This document shows, one piece after another, positions 27,420-41,030 of a stretch of DNA of 64,000 nucleotides. How positions within the stretch are numbered: position 1 is the first letter of the stretch; the number at the start of each line of letters is the position of its first letter. A program made the translations under genes and the position numbers. The notes under the pieces are model-generated. The model ran no database searches and was not told the DNA's origin. It was given only the letters and a program-made list of their open reading frames with translations. The stretch comes from Histomonas meleagridis 2922-C6/04-290x (taxonomy: Eukaryota > Protista > Parabasalia), in the NCBI GenBank assembly GCA_020184695.1, contig JAANOX010000213.1, positions 1-64,000 of the forward strand, read 5' to 3'.

Positions 27420-28776
27420 GTATACTCACTCGCTAACTCGACATCTTGAGCTCTTTTTTGATTTTGTAACTTTGCTATTTTCGAATTTGTATTTTTCTGT
27501 ATTTGTGCTTTATGTTCCTCAAAATTTAAATATTCTTCTAATTCAGCATCAAGAGCGATTTTATTTTCTTCGGTTGCTTGTAATTCCTCTTATTCTTTGA
27601 TGTCTCTTCCACGTTTCTTTGTTTGATTTGAAATTAGTACTTTTTTCTTAGCGTTTTTAACAATCGGTTTTTTGTGCCTTTTGCTTATTTCTGGTTTTAA
27701 TACTACGGTTGTTTGATATGCTTCTAATTCTTGTGCTTTTATTTTATCATTAATTGTTATTCGTTGTTCCTCGATTTCAGCTTCTACCAATCTTTCAAAT
27801 CTTGCTTTTGCTTATAATCCAGTTCGTTGTTTTTTTTTTTCAATTAGTTGTTGTTGATACATACCATTGATGCTTGTTATGTACTGACTATCAAAACGCC
27901 TGATATTGCTCCGGCGTTAATGCTGTTATTCTTTTAATTTTTTTTTTTCAGATTTTATTTCAGCTTTTTTTGAGTCTTTAATAATTCATTATCATAACGT
28001 GCTTTTTCTAATTCATATTGTGTTTGTGCTCGCTTCTCATTTGCATTCTTATAATCTTCTGATTTTGAAACTTTCTGTGAAGTTTCATTTTCATTCTTAA
28101 CTTTTCCTAACTCACGTTGCGAGCTACTTTTAATTCGCATTTGTTCATTAGCTTCTATTTCATGTTGACGTTCAATAATAGACATTTTTGCTTCAGCTAA
28201 TTGTACTTAAATTGTTGCGTATTGATTTTTTGATACATCTATATAACCTTTATACTGAGTTTGTTTAAATTTTGCCAAAGCTTTTGCGTCACGTTTAGTT
28301 TCTTGTTGAGCTTTGTTTGCTAATTCATGCTGACGTTCAATCTCTTTTTCTGCCATTTCACGTTCTTGCTATTCTTCATTATACTTTGCTTCAGCAGCTT
28401 TTGTCGCTTTTTTCATATTTCTTTCTTGTTCATCCAAATTTTTCTTTCTAGCTGATTCATCTTGTTTCTCTCTCCGCGTATCATTCATTTGTTGTTGATG
28501 AAAATCGTTTTGATTTCTCATATCATGTATTGCGTCATGATTTACGTTTTGTGGAGTTTGTGATAAAGCAACGAAAAGAAATGGATTTTGTAAATTCGTT
28601 ATCATTTGTGACCTAGCAGTATTGAAATTTCGATAATTCGATGGAGGAAGAATATTTGTTCTTACCGAAGCGTTAGAATTGAATGTTGGTGCTTGAGTAA
28701 TCAGTTGATGCCTTAATTCGCATTTAACTTTTTTCTTTGTTTTCCTAATCCTTCGTTTAATTGTTTTATTTGCCAT
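27420..28776 (-). pseudogene. K/E/Q/R-rich coiled-coil Maverick ORF (frameshifted), basic N-terminus
   Basis: ORFs 28369-28776, 27955-28185 and 27590-27790 have the same low-complexity helical composition. The first starts MANKTIKRRIRKTKKK, and the block lies directly upstream of the capsid fragment. Confidence 0.5.
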
Positions 28777-29479
28777 CTAATTAAGATTAGAAATATTGAT
28801 TAATAGATATTTATATCTTGCTCTCCATCCGCGTTGTACAGGTACATTATAATCTTGTTCTTGACGTTCTGACGAAATTTGACGTTCTGACGATACTATT
28901 TCTTCCTTTTGCTTATAACTTTGCTCTTCTTCATTTTATGTTTGTTCGACCGAAGGAATTTCCTCAGCATCAATATTAATATCATTTTTTTAATATCTGT
29001 ATTTTTTCTTGAGCTTTTTATGCTCACCTGTTAATTTATCTAATCATGAATTCGATTATTTTATGCTCCATTTATAATTGGTCATTTGATAAATAAACTT
29101 TACCCTTGTTGTTTTTAATTACTTTTTGACTAACCGTTGAAGTTTTTGGTTTCCTTGCTGTTACTCTAGCATTACCGTTCTTGAAGAATTTAACGTCAAA
29201 GAATTCATTTTCGATTCCTTTTTTAGCATTAGCGATTATAATTTCTTTTTCTATTTATGTTGAATTTTTTTACTGATTTCTTTGTTATCTTAACTGAAGT
29301 TTTTACTTCATAAAAGTTTTCGTTATCCTCATCCTGAACAATATCTGTTTCAGTTTCGTGTAAAACTTAAAACTTCATTTTCTGTCATTATTTATATTTC
29401 GTGAAAAAATAATTTTCACTCTATTATTATTCTACATTCGTTTTACTTGTGGCATAACTGCAGGTCTAATTGTCCATAA

Positions 29480-29837
29480 ATCTATTTCGAGCTTTATCCA
29501 GCTTGAATTCAAGGTTAAGTTCTGTCGAATATCCTCTGTCCAGTATCAATTACTCGGTAGGCTACTTTTTTGCTCTGATCTACCGTTTAATTTCGTCTTC
29601 AATTATACCGTCAGAAACTGCATCAACTATTCTATTAATTTTATCTGTTATATCTTCTTTCCGCTTTCTTACTGTATCGATTATTCCTGGAATCTTTTTA
29701 CCAAATTCGATTCCACTAATGATTATTGGCGAGACCTTACCGTAAATTTTCTTTCCTGTATCAATAACTTTCACTACATATCGTCCTGCACCTTGGATAA
29801 ATTTCATTATTTTATTAAAGATTCGACCTGATCCCAT
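29480..29837 (-). pseudogene. Small amphipathic-helix protein (adenovirus pVI-like candidate)
   Basis: MGSGRIFNKIMKFIQGAGRYVVKVIDTGKKIYGK...RIVDAVSDGI. A second V(I)DTG repeat follows a frameshift (KVAYRVIDTGQRIFDR). Confidence 0.4.
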
Positions 29838-29873
29838 TTAATATAATTAAAAAAACATTTAAATAACATCTAA

Positions 29874-31033
29874 ATGAATCTAAACGTTAATTAAGAAATT
29901 GACAAAACACATCTTAAAACTCACAGTCACGTAAAAAAACACGTGCAAAATAAATTTCCATATGTCAGTGATAAGAAAATTGAAAAAGTAATTTCAAGTA
30001 GATTAATAGATAAATTCATTAAAACAAAAGATATAAAATTTCATATGATGAAAATATTTTTATTAATTTCTAATTGTTGGTTCCATGAATAATATGATAA
30101 TACAAAAGATAAAACCCCAAGATATTGGCACGTATTTATTGGCACAAATAATAGATATGTTCATTGTTTACAATTGATGTCGAAATCAGCTTCGGCAGTA
30201 CATGAAACGATAAGACAATTCGTCGAAAAATTCCATCCTGTAAAATTAACGTCAAATGAGAAATCAGCATTCATTTAAAGAAATAATTTAAAACTTCTTT
30301 CTGATAATAAATTTTCCGTTCATACGATATCAAATAGAAACCATTCGTCTTTAGGCATTATTGATTCATGCGAACAATAAAAGATATGAATACTCTAACG
30401 GAAAAATCAAAACATTAATCACATGATGAAAAATATACGTTCATTACTCCAGAAATAATGAAAAAGTTTCTGAATATTTATAATTATACTTACCATTCAG
30501 CCATCGGTTGTTCTCCAAAAGAAATGTTCGATAATAAGAATTTATAAAAATTATATATCTTTAAATGTTAAGAAGCCTCAGATGAACAGAAGAAAATAGA
30601 CAATCTCATTTTTCCTGTCAGTTCATTTGTACTTTATGTATTACCACGTCATGATGGAATAACTAAGACAAGATTTCAAATCAGCCGTTAATGTTATAAA
30701 ATTGATTAACAAAAAGGCAACATGTACGTATTAATTGCTCAAGACGGAACGGTAATAACAAAACCAAGATTTAAATTAATACCGATTTGTGAGAATAAGC
30801 ATGATAATATTAAATGGGCATCAACAATTCCTGGTAAATGGAACGGTACCGTTGAAAATATTGGGTCATTTAATCCTAAAACAGATAAGTATAAAGTACT
30901 TTTTACCGTTCCTGGAAAACGTTCGTATAAAGATGAAATTCCTGCTTTATTTCTCCGCGATAATACTTCTCATAAACGGTCAGAAATTGATGAAGAATAT
31001 TTTGAAAATACTACTAATACTACTAAAAAATGA
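29874..31033 (+). pseudogene. Maverick c-integrase (retroviral-like DDE) with chromodomain-like C-terminus
   Basis: NCWFH..DNTKDKTPRYWHVFIGTNNRY...KSASAVHETIRQFVEKFHPVKLTS.E.SAF...NHSSLGIID..MRTIKDMN...HSAIGCSPKEM...YVLIAQDGT...KYKVLF. Frameshifts and stops are present. Confidence 0.8.
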
Positions 31034-32436
31034 AACCAGCTAAAGGAAATCCGAAAGCGTTTTGTGAGTTTATCCGTTAATGTATTTATATATTTGTTCT
31101 TTCGTTTCATAACTAACGTTAGTTATCAATAATGATTATGTTGATAAGCATGAAATAGCATCATCAAATATAGAATAAAAATGAATAAAGTTGAGATAAC
31201 ATAAAGAACTGGGGGGGACAAAGTTAACATATATAACATTGAAAAACATTTAATATACATGTCCATTAACAAATATAACATAGCATGAATTAAATTAATA
31301 AATGTGAGTATATATGATTATTAAATATGAATATTATATTAATTTGTATATTATAATAAATTATGACTTCTCTACTCTAATTTAGTGTCTCTTTTATGAT
31401 TCAAATAATGAAATTTTTTCGAATATTCTAAGTTATCTTGATCTATCAATGAACAAAATGTATAAATTTAATATAGTTATATGAATTATTATGATACTCA
31501 ACTTAAAAACAAATTTTTTATATTATGCATAAAAAATAGTAGTAACTGGAAATGTAATAAAAATAATTGTACTTAATGAATTGGATATAAAATATATTGG
31601 AAAGCGTAGATTTCATTCATTATTATAAAGGGGATACTATAAAATATTTAAAAATGATTTTCTCGGAAAATTATATTTATGCTACAATTATAAAAATTGT
31701 ACATTACAATTATTTTTCGGATCAAGGTTCGTAAAATCACCTATAAAGATCTTTAATAATGTTAAATGTCAATTAATATATATATAAGTGATTTATAATT
31801 ACAAAGAAGATTTTAAAAATTTAAAATGGAAATGTTTTCATGTTGAACTATTTCAAGATTAATATACAGTTTATTAATGATTATTAATTATGATTATGAT
31901 CAAAAAATGAACTAATCGTAATCATATCAAAAATTGATCAATAAATTCATATTTCTCATAAAATCACTTAGCATAATGACAATAACTTCATATACTTATT
32001 TGTCGGTAACTTTAGAAATATTATAAGATATACATTCATGTACATATAAGACTCTGAATAAGTTGAATCCCCGTGTTTTTGGTAAGATTTGAAAAAAGAA
32101 TATTATCAAATTAAAATTATTCCAATTTTTGTCATTAAAAATTATATATTTCATTAGATTTATATTTCAAAAAATAATCTAACATTTTTTAAAAAAAGAA
32201 TAGATTATTTCAATATTTTTTTCATACAAAAATGAAAAATTTACGAGAGAATAATATTATTGCTTATAAATGAATCTGTGTAATTGTTAAGTTCACTTTT
32301 TGGATAAATGTTTGGAATTAACTGCTTTTTACGCATAATTTTCTGTATAAATATTGAATTATTATTCAATAATTGAATAAACATCATTTTATTATACATT
32401 GGGGTGGACCACGATATAGGATTGATTAATGACGAT

Positions 32437-32630
32437 TTTTTTCAAAAATTAAATTTGCGAAATTTCGAAATTTGTAACAAAAAATTTACACAAAACAAAA
32501 TCTGAACAATATAACAAGATGTTATCAAATAAAGATAATATATACATATTTTCAAAAAATTAAATTTTCGAAATTTCGAAATTAATAACATAAATTTACA
32601 CAAATCGATATTTAAATAACATGATGGAAT
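32437..32630. repeat. Imperfect direct repeat, two units about 110 bp apart
   Basis: ttttcaaaaattaaattt(g/t)cgaaatttcgaaatt...aaatttacacaaa occurs at about 32440 and about 32548. Confidence 0.7.
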
Positions 32631-32859
32631 ATAATTATTAATATTCCTTTCCTCAATTTTCTATAAACCAAAAATAATCATAACACTCGAAGATATGAAT
32701 TTTTACTTGTTCCAACTCTTTTTTTTTTTTTTTATCGCAATCCATTACTATTGTAAACTTTGTGTCTGCAATTGCAAAATTAATTGAACGGCGGCCCTAA
32801 ACATTTGATTCTAATTGAGAATAACATTCCATCTCCACATGAACTCTGATATATGTTCA

Positions 32860-33700
32860 TTAAATTTTTTTTCTGGGATTCCTTCATATCTTTTATCAAT
32901 TTTTTATAGTTCCCTACGAAGTCTTTCTATCATTTGAGTGTGCGCTTTAGTTTCAGGATCAACAAAATTACATGAATGATTAACAGTTTCATGCTCGTAA
33001 TCATTGTCATCATCAAGAAAGTCATACGCTTCCCAGCAATCAGAAATTATTTTAGTTCCAAGTAATATATGATTACGAATCTCTTCTTCTAATGTTTCTT
33101 TTGTTCGATCGAGTACAACAAGACACAAGAATTGTCTATTATCAATACAAATTCTTCCAAAAATCCATACTTGATTTAAACATCGTCCGACATTATATTT
33201 TCTTCGGCACATTGAAGTTTCATCTATTTGAACAGTTTTATCAGGACCGCCAACAACAAGACCTTCTAAAAATAAAACATATGCATCACATGCATTTCGA
33301 AATAAAGTAAAATAATAAGTCACTGTGTTTCTGCTCACTTCTACTTCTCTTGCAGTATCTTTACATGAATATTTATATACCCAACAATATAATAAATAAA
33401 AAATCTTAGAAAGTGGTATTTTTGCTGAGTAATAAATACTTCCATAGAAAATACTTTTTGATCTGTGGCATTATGGGAATATAAATTTGTTTCCAAATTA
33501 TTTTGAAGAATCGCTGTAGATCTGCATATCGAAATTACATTATTCACACATCATTCGATCATAAATAACTCCATTCTGTAATGCGAATTGAACAGCTGCG
33601 TTCTCATTCGTAAAAAGCCAAAAATAAGAAAGAGTATTATCAATAAACGGGAAAGATAATTGTTGATACTGATTGTAATTCATAATAACATATAAATATT
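32860..33700 (-). pseudogene. Merlin/IS1595 (ISXO2-like) transposase pseudogene
   Basis: VGGPDKTVQIDET...RRKYNVGR...WIFG...ILLGTKIISDCWEAY...HETVNHS.NFVDPET.AHTQMIE is a canonical DDE_Tnp_IS1595 series. An upstream Zn-ribbon/HTH part contains stops. Confidence 0.85.
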
Positions 33701-35109
33701 AAACGCATAATGCATAAAATATTGAATTATTATTAATATGGAAAATAAATAAAAGCGTATACATTAAAAGAAAATTAATTTATTAGTCTGAGTCAGTAGT
33801 AATAATAATCAAATATTATAATCAGCAAAATCAATTAATTCATATAATATTCCATAAATAGCTCAATTAATCAAATATAATATATTCTATCTAAATCCAT
33901 CTGAATTTTATAAAAATAATTAGTTTAAATATATTTGTGATCGAATATATAATGATTATTGTTATCTAGACATTTAGCTCATAAAAAAATTAATAATATA
34001 ATTTTATTATATAGAATGAATGGATTTCAATATATATCAAAAAATATATGAGGGTCAATTTGTATTGACTCACATATCTCTACATCAAATGAATAAATAA
34101 TATTTTGAATATTATTTTATTATATAAGATGTGTGTATTAATGAACTAGAATTTAAGTCCTTAAACTTCTATTTGATGATGAAAAAAATTTGTTTGAAAT
34201 TTTGATGATGACCAAAATTTCATTTAGAAAGTCCGAAAAAATCATGGTTGGATTTATGTCAATTTTATAATTAAATATCTCATTCTTATTTATTTGAAAT
34301 ATAAAATCATGTATGTAGTATCGAAGAATCTAGTTAGAGGAAATTATATCTGCATAAGAAATAAAAATGATTTGTAAAAAATGCAAAAAAAGTGAATTTT
34401 CCATACTTATTCCAGAATACTAATAAAATGAACGACAGTAACTTAATTGAGTCATTTACATAGATCTTCCCAAAAAATTCATATGCAAGTGGAAAAAACA
34501 TAGAATTTAAATATCAGACAATCCATTAAATATTATTATAAGTTTTCAAGTATGCTTCGTATAATATGGAATATGTTCGAAAGCTGATCCCATATAAATT
34601 GACTGTTTTTAGAAGAAATGAAATGGTACAACATTCAAATGAATTTTGAGAAAAATTGATGAAAGTTAGAAAAAAGTTTTTTATTTATATTATAACAAAT
34701 AAAAGTCTAATGTTATATTTAATATTTGAAAGTTATAAAATTATGTTGTCAGCTAATAAAGATATCATCCGTAACTCAATGTTAATTTTATATAACAATT
34801 TATGTTTGCAACTCTACTTGATGAAAATACCCTTGTATTTCACATTATAACTGCAGTTATTTCACTTGTTTGAGTAAATAGTTATAAATTATTAGAAAAT
34901 ATAATCATTTAAGAGAATTTCTTATACGAAAATCGATACATTAACTTTAAGGTGTTTCATATAAATTCGATTATATTATGATAAAATGAGATATATATAT
35001 ATTCATAAAATCGTAATATTTATTATTGATATATGAATGAGGGGTAAATATAAATCGATCTAAATACCCTAATTTCTGGTTAGTAAAAAATAAGTTTTAA
35101 AATATTATA

Positions 35110-36390
35110 TTATTATGTAGAATATGTTTATCAACAGCTAATGCATCAGCATATTATAGTTTTATTTGTATGCATTTAAGAAATCAATGCAGATATTATT
35201 ATTTCTCTTTTTCGATCAAATGTCAATTTTTCCGATTTATTTTTCTTCAAATATTTGGCTTTAAGCTTTCGAACAACCTTTTTATAATATGCACGTAATG
35301 ATGCAGCAATTACAACATCGAACCGTTGAATGATGTGTGTCAAATGGCAAGGAAAAGTGCATACTATAATATTATTTTTTCGGGAATTTTTTATCGCTTT
35401 TAAGTTCTCTATTGATGTATGGGAATTCAAAACGACAATATTGGCTGACCGGAGTCCATACCATTCCTTTCTTTATATGAATGAATCCAATTGGTGAAAT
35501 AAACCGAATATTCATAAAATAAATCTTGTGTCATTGAACCATTCGTATTTGCATAAATTGGGAAGTTTTTTTCATCAGATATATTTTTTAACTTCTGTGG
35601 AACATTTAATAGACCACCGATAATCAAAAATGGCATCGGGAAGTTATGATTAGTTGAAAACCTAATCACGACAGAAAAATGATCAATGATTTGATTTTGA
35701 GTTTTGAAAACCGGTCTTTTCAAATTTCAAGGTGCTGCGACCCTTGTCATGTCATTCCGATTGATTCCCATTTCATCCATATTAAAAATTGAATTTTTGG
35801 GAAATAATAACGAAATATCTTGTGTAAATATGTTATCAAACCAAAATTAAATATTTAATGCACAAGATGCTTGTGCACGTGATATATCCAATGAATCAGA
35901 TCTGACAAGCTTTAATTCGTGTTTTTTTTTCAAATTTGTACATCCAATCCACCTCGAGTTTAATTACTTCTATATTAACTTCGTTTTTGATTTTTTGTGA
36001 TTTTATTAGATCAGCAAATGCATTGGCAAACTTAATTTGTTCAACTCTGAATGTATATGCTTTGTTTTGTATTTCTTCAACATTTGGTGCTATGTTTTTG
36101 TCATTTCTTTTGATAATCCATTGTAATAATTCTTCTTGATATCGTGGGTTCAAATAAAGTGCTGTTACCGAATGTTTTTTATGTTTATTTGAACCCAAAT
36201 CCGCTATTGTATCTAAACCGAGTGCGTACGATATTAAGACACCATAAAAATAATTCGTGGAAACGAAGAACTCTTTGGCAATTGGTCGTATGACACCTGG
36301 ATTTTCCTCGGCTGCAGTTACCATTTGGTAGTATTTTGATATGTGTGACCTTACAGCAGCGGATAATTTTAATATTCTGCATTCCAACAA
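35110..36390 (-). pseudogene. pogo/Fot1-like (CENP-B HTH + DDE_1) transposase pseudogene
   Basis: EELLQWII...PNVEEIQNKA (HTH); IFNMDEMG; NGSMTQDLF; NSHTS; FPCHLTHIIQRFDVVI. Three frameshifted ORFs. Confidence 0.8.
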
Positions 36391-36589
36391 TTTTATCGTA
36401 TTCTAGAAGTTTTTTCTGACAGAAAAATACTTCCAGCAAATGCTATGACTTGTGAAAGGTATTTTCTAATCAATGTTATCATATTTTTTTTTATGTACGA
36501 AGATTGATATACCAATATCTGCAGTTGGTTACTGGTGTTTATTGTGATCTTTCGCAATAACTGTTAGTAAATATATTGTTGGAAAAATA

Positions 36590-36880
36590 CCTCTACGAAT
36601 TCATTCATCATATTTCTCATTATTTGATATGAGATATTATCCTAGCCGAGAAAAATTATTAATGAAATTAATGCCTAGTTATAAGAATATTGTAATAGCG
36701 CCTATGTGTGATGAAGGAACTTCATCAGCAAAAAGTGTCGTTGAATGGATGCTCCACAGACATACTTAGACAACTGATAAAGTCATAATTAAATTAGCAT
36801 TATATTTGATAATCAATGTTTTTAATGCATTAGCCGCTAAGTATATTCAGATTCCGATGTTATTTCCAATCCATGTGTGT
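36590..36880 (+). pseudogene. Maverick capsid-like middle fragment with internal deletion
   Basis: FDMRYYP...MPSYKNIVIAPMCD...MDAPQ...IKLALY...NALAAKYIQIPMLFPI is homologous to 46050-46430. Confidence 0.55.
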
Positions 36881-37359
36881 GAAATAATAGATTTATGAAA
36901 AAACAAAATAATCATTAAAAAAATTAGATTGAGTTTCTCATAATACACAAAAAATAATTAACTATTGAATGAGATAGATAGATAATAGAAAAGATAATTG
37001 TGAGATTAGATTGGAAACATTTCAGAAGTTGATGAAATATAATATAACGATCATATTAATCATTATGTTGAAGAATATTTTCCGAATAAAGAAAAAATTT
37101 CGATTATGTCAAAAGTCAAATCGTTTCAATAAGTCAAAAAAAGAATGATACGTCAAGCTGACATCATCTTCGCGCTCGGGGGAACCCGAAGCCAAAAAAT
37201 TACAAACGTTCATAATACACAGAAACAAAATGAAAAAATAAAACTTAAAAGAATTATAAAAATTTAAAAATCATAACAGAAAAATGATGTCATCAAAATT
37301 TGATGACAAAAGATATTTCGTCTCTAAAAAATTATTATATATGAAAAGTTTGATTAATT

Positions 37360-37500
37360 AAAAAGTTGAAAATGATTTATTAATCCCAATGAATCAACAA
37401 ACAATGAATAAGCTTTCATGGAGTTATAAAAAATCAAACGTCAAAATATATAATTTTCACAAAAAAATATTTGTTGCTGATAAAAAACCTTCATCAATTT
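37360..37500 (+). repeat. Diverged duplicate of the region upstream of the DNA polymerase remnant (38870-39000)
   Basis: DLLIPMNQQTMNKLSWSYKKSNVKIYNFHKKIFV versus KLLISMNQQTIYKLSLSYKKSNGKTYNSYSKIFV. Confidence 0.7.
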
Positions 37501-37799
37501 AATATATAAAAGTTCCTCAAACAAAAAGTTTTTTTGGATACACTTAAAAAAAAATGAAATATATCTTCGTTTGGGAGAACTTCAAGAAGTTATCAATCCA
37601 TTAAAATTATGAAAAGGGATTAATTTATCAAAATATTAGGAATTTTCGTGTGTGTGAACTGATGCAAGAGATAATGTTTGGATATGAATGTTTTGATGGA
37701 GAATATCGATATTTTGGGTATATTGCTGAAATAAAAAAATTTGAAATTCATTTATCTAAAATCATTTAAGGTAAAAATATATGAAATCTACACGTCAAT

Positions 37800-38350
37800 T
37801 AATCAAGATTTGAACGTTACCTAAAGGTTAACGGATCGCTGATCTCCAATAGCTTTAGCTGTCGCGGTAATATTGAATGTTTAATTATCACGGTATTGAT
37901 TTAGATGAATTATCAGTGATAAATAATGATATATATAATATTAACGATAAATTAACAGGAATTGATTATAATATAGATTATGTCGATACAAATGAAGATA
38001 TGAATGATGATTATGATTGTAGCGGAATAGAACATTACGTAGGTTCTGATGATAATATTGATACTTGTCTCAGATTCGAAGTTTGTGATTGCAAAAAAGT
38101 AAATATTCAGAATCGATAATATTAGTCGTAATAATATTAATATAAATCGTATGCCTCCTATTAATAATATTTATGTTAATAACTTGTCATTAAAAAATCA
38201 TACTCATGATACTATTAATAATGATTAAAATGTCAATGTAATATATTGTGAAACAATTAAAGCAAAATTACCTGAAGAATAATTTCATTAAAACGGATAT
38301 TATATCTCAAACAGTATTGGCGAAGGTTCTAACTCAACAGTAAAAAGCAA
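37800..38350 (+). pseudogene. Fibre-like gene fragment (inverted paralog of 40700-41000)
   Basis: Encodes LKVNGSL, LSLKNHTHDTINND and YYISNSIGEGSNSTV. The last word matches the reverse complement of 40712-40765 almost exactly. Confidence 0.45.
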
Positions 38351-38862
38351 TAGTTTTTATGAAAAATCTATTGGAATCTGTACCGCAAAACATAACTTTG
38401 TTTACAAATCATAAGATTGCGAGCAAAACTCCGCTTAAGCGGATGCTTTTATTTTTGTGGAATCAAATGTATGAACATTCGTTATTTTCCAATAGACTGT
38501 TACTTCAAGCATTTCTTATATCTCATCTTTCCGAATGCTGTATTTGAACACATGTGGTTCATTAAAACCATTCATTCTAAATTCCGAGATTTCAATAAAA
38601 AAAAAAATTAATCCAGGATTTTTTCCTTACATCAACACGTCAGATATAGATTTGAGATAATTTGTAATATTTACAGATTTTAATGATACTAATATGTATG
38701 TATCATGTAAAATTCAAGCATTAATTGCTTCAAAAGTATTGAAATGAGATAAATATAAATTATTGAGAACTTTTATTCAAACGCAAACGGTCCCAAGAAG
38801 TGAGTTGGAATGAATTACTGATTAAATTAAAAATCACAATGTAAGTCAGAATATTTTATATA

Positions 38863-39780
38863 ATGATACAAAATAAACTTTTAATTTCAATGAATCAACA
38901 AACAATATATAAGCTTTCATTAAGTTATAAGAAATCAAACGGAAAAACATATAATTCTTACAGTAAAATATTTGTCCCGAATAAAAAAATCATGATCTTT
39001 GTTTGTCAAAAAAATGTATCAAACAAAAAGTTTATTTATATTTATATTCCGGAGTGAGTGAAAATAAAATAAGGTGTGGAATTCATTGTCCAAAAATTAT
39101 TTGGATTAAGATTTATTTGAAACAAAAACTTTATTACATCGACAAATGCGGAGCGAATATGTCAAGTGTTCAATCAATTCCTGCTGTACTTCGATACACA
39201 AACCGAAGCTTTAAAGACAAAAACACCAAGATTAGAGAGTTAATAGAAAAATTATATGAGGCAAGAATGAAAGCATAATTAAACGGAAAAATTGTCAACA
39301 ACATTGAAATTCATATGAATTCATGTTTTGGTTATCCAATACAAAAGCCAAAAGTTATAAAACATAAATTTGTAAATGACGTATATAAGTATATTGATGA
39401 ATTCGCGTATTATGTATTAAAATACACGTATGAAGCTGACGGAATTTAAGGATTAGTTGATAACGTGAATTTTTATGTTGAAAATTTCACTTATCTTCAA
39501 TCCACGAAAAGTGTTTAAGATGATTCTAAATACGAAATAAATTTAATGAATAATCTTGTTAACATCTATTATTCATTCGTTGATTCCGCGTTAATATCAT
39601 AAGAAGATTTTATGTTATTGAAAGATAAAGGATTTGATGGTAATGAATTCGGAAAATTCAAGATTGAACATGTATTTACAGAAATATACTTAAAATCTCC
39701 GGAAAATTGGAATGGTAAGCATGAAGACAGAATACTGTAAAAATTCGAGTGATCCGATAAGAAAATTACTGAGTATTATG
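38863..39780 (+). pseudogene. Degenerate family-B (protein-primed, Maverick-type) DNA polymerase palm
   Basis: Three motifs in order: A-like LYYIDKCGANMS (about 39130), B-like IEIHMNSCFGYPIQKP (39315), C-like IYYSFVDSALI (about 39565), followed by EFGKFKIE. In-frame stops are present. Confidence 0.65.
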
Positions 39781-40117
39781 AGCAGAAGATGATTACAATA
39801 AGTCATATCAACTTGGTTATATTGGTTATTAATAACCTAATTAATTAGGTCACTTTAAAATATAATATATACTCATAAAAATTTATTTTAAATCACTCGA
39901 TAATTGGATTGGTGAAAATATTGATAAATATATATCATGTTAATTAACATTATTAATAATGAGTATTAAAATATAAGTATTAATCGCGAAAATCTCATAA
40001 AAACATTTATTGAATTATATAAATAGAGTTATATTTTTACATATCGAATCTCATATTTGATTTGAATTATTTGACATAACATTAATACCAAAACTATTAT
40101 ATAAAAATCCTGCCCAT

Positions 40118-41030
40118 CTAAAATTTTTTATTTGACTCACAATTTGAGCTATATGCTGTATCAGCAGCTGTAGAAAATGTATCTATATCAAATATACTAT
40201 CAACAGAACTTTCTTTATATGTGGTTTCACCTGGCGGTCCCATTAAAATTTCTTGTATGTCTTTATCAATGATCATTTGTTTTGTTATATTGTATTCTGT
40301 TTTTAATTCTCCATCATTATTAATTATACCATAAGTACGTCCGCTATCTTCTAACATGATACGATCATCATTAAAAGAATTTATTAATGTATTTATAATT
40401 AATACTTACAGAGTTAGCATTAGTTAGATAATCACTATTAATATGATTTAAAGGAGGGTATTTGTCGTCGTGATTATGTGTGTTTAATGTTATATTATTT
40501 GTAGAAATATGATTAATACTATTTACTGTTATATTACCGTTATTATTACAACGAAATGTCCTATCATATATTGCTTGAAAACTTAATGTATATCGGTCAT
40601 TGCTCTAATTCTCCACGTATTATCTTTATTATAATCATCTTTATAATGAAAATCAATATACTCACCCACTTCCATGACTCCATCTAATTTAATGATCGCG
40701 ATTGATTAAATATTTACTGTTGAATTAGAACCTCCGCCAATACTGTTTGAGATATAATATAATATTTTTTAATAATGTTTGCAACTATACTTCCATTAAT
40801 AGCTAAATCATTATTATTGATAATTATATGTGTGTGATTTTTTAATGCAAAATCACTGATAGAATAACTATTGATGGTATCGATAATTAAATTTGTAATT
40901 GAAACATCATTACTATCTTCATTGTTGTTAACCAATTGTTTGTATAAATCTATAACTCTATTTATATTATCAAACATTTCAATTATATCTGCATTTTTCA
41001 TTATATTATCTCCAGTAAGTATACTCCATA
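40118..41030 (-). pseudogene. Fibre/receptor-binding-like gene with phage tail-fibre motifs
   Basis: LKNHTH, DGVMEVGEYIDFH...D..WRI (about 40610-40690) and THNHDDKYPPLNH (about 40445-40485). Stops and frameshifts are present. Confidence 0.5.

Larger units (their letters stand above)
27002..31033. mobile_element. Maverick/Polinton-type virus-like element fragment (structural gene block head-to-head with c-integrase)
   Basis: The minus strand carries a capsid-like N-terminus, coiled-coil ORFs and a small amphipathic ORF. The plus strand carries a retroviral-type integrase with a chromo-like tail. All parts are degraded. Confidence 0.75.
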
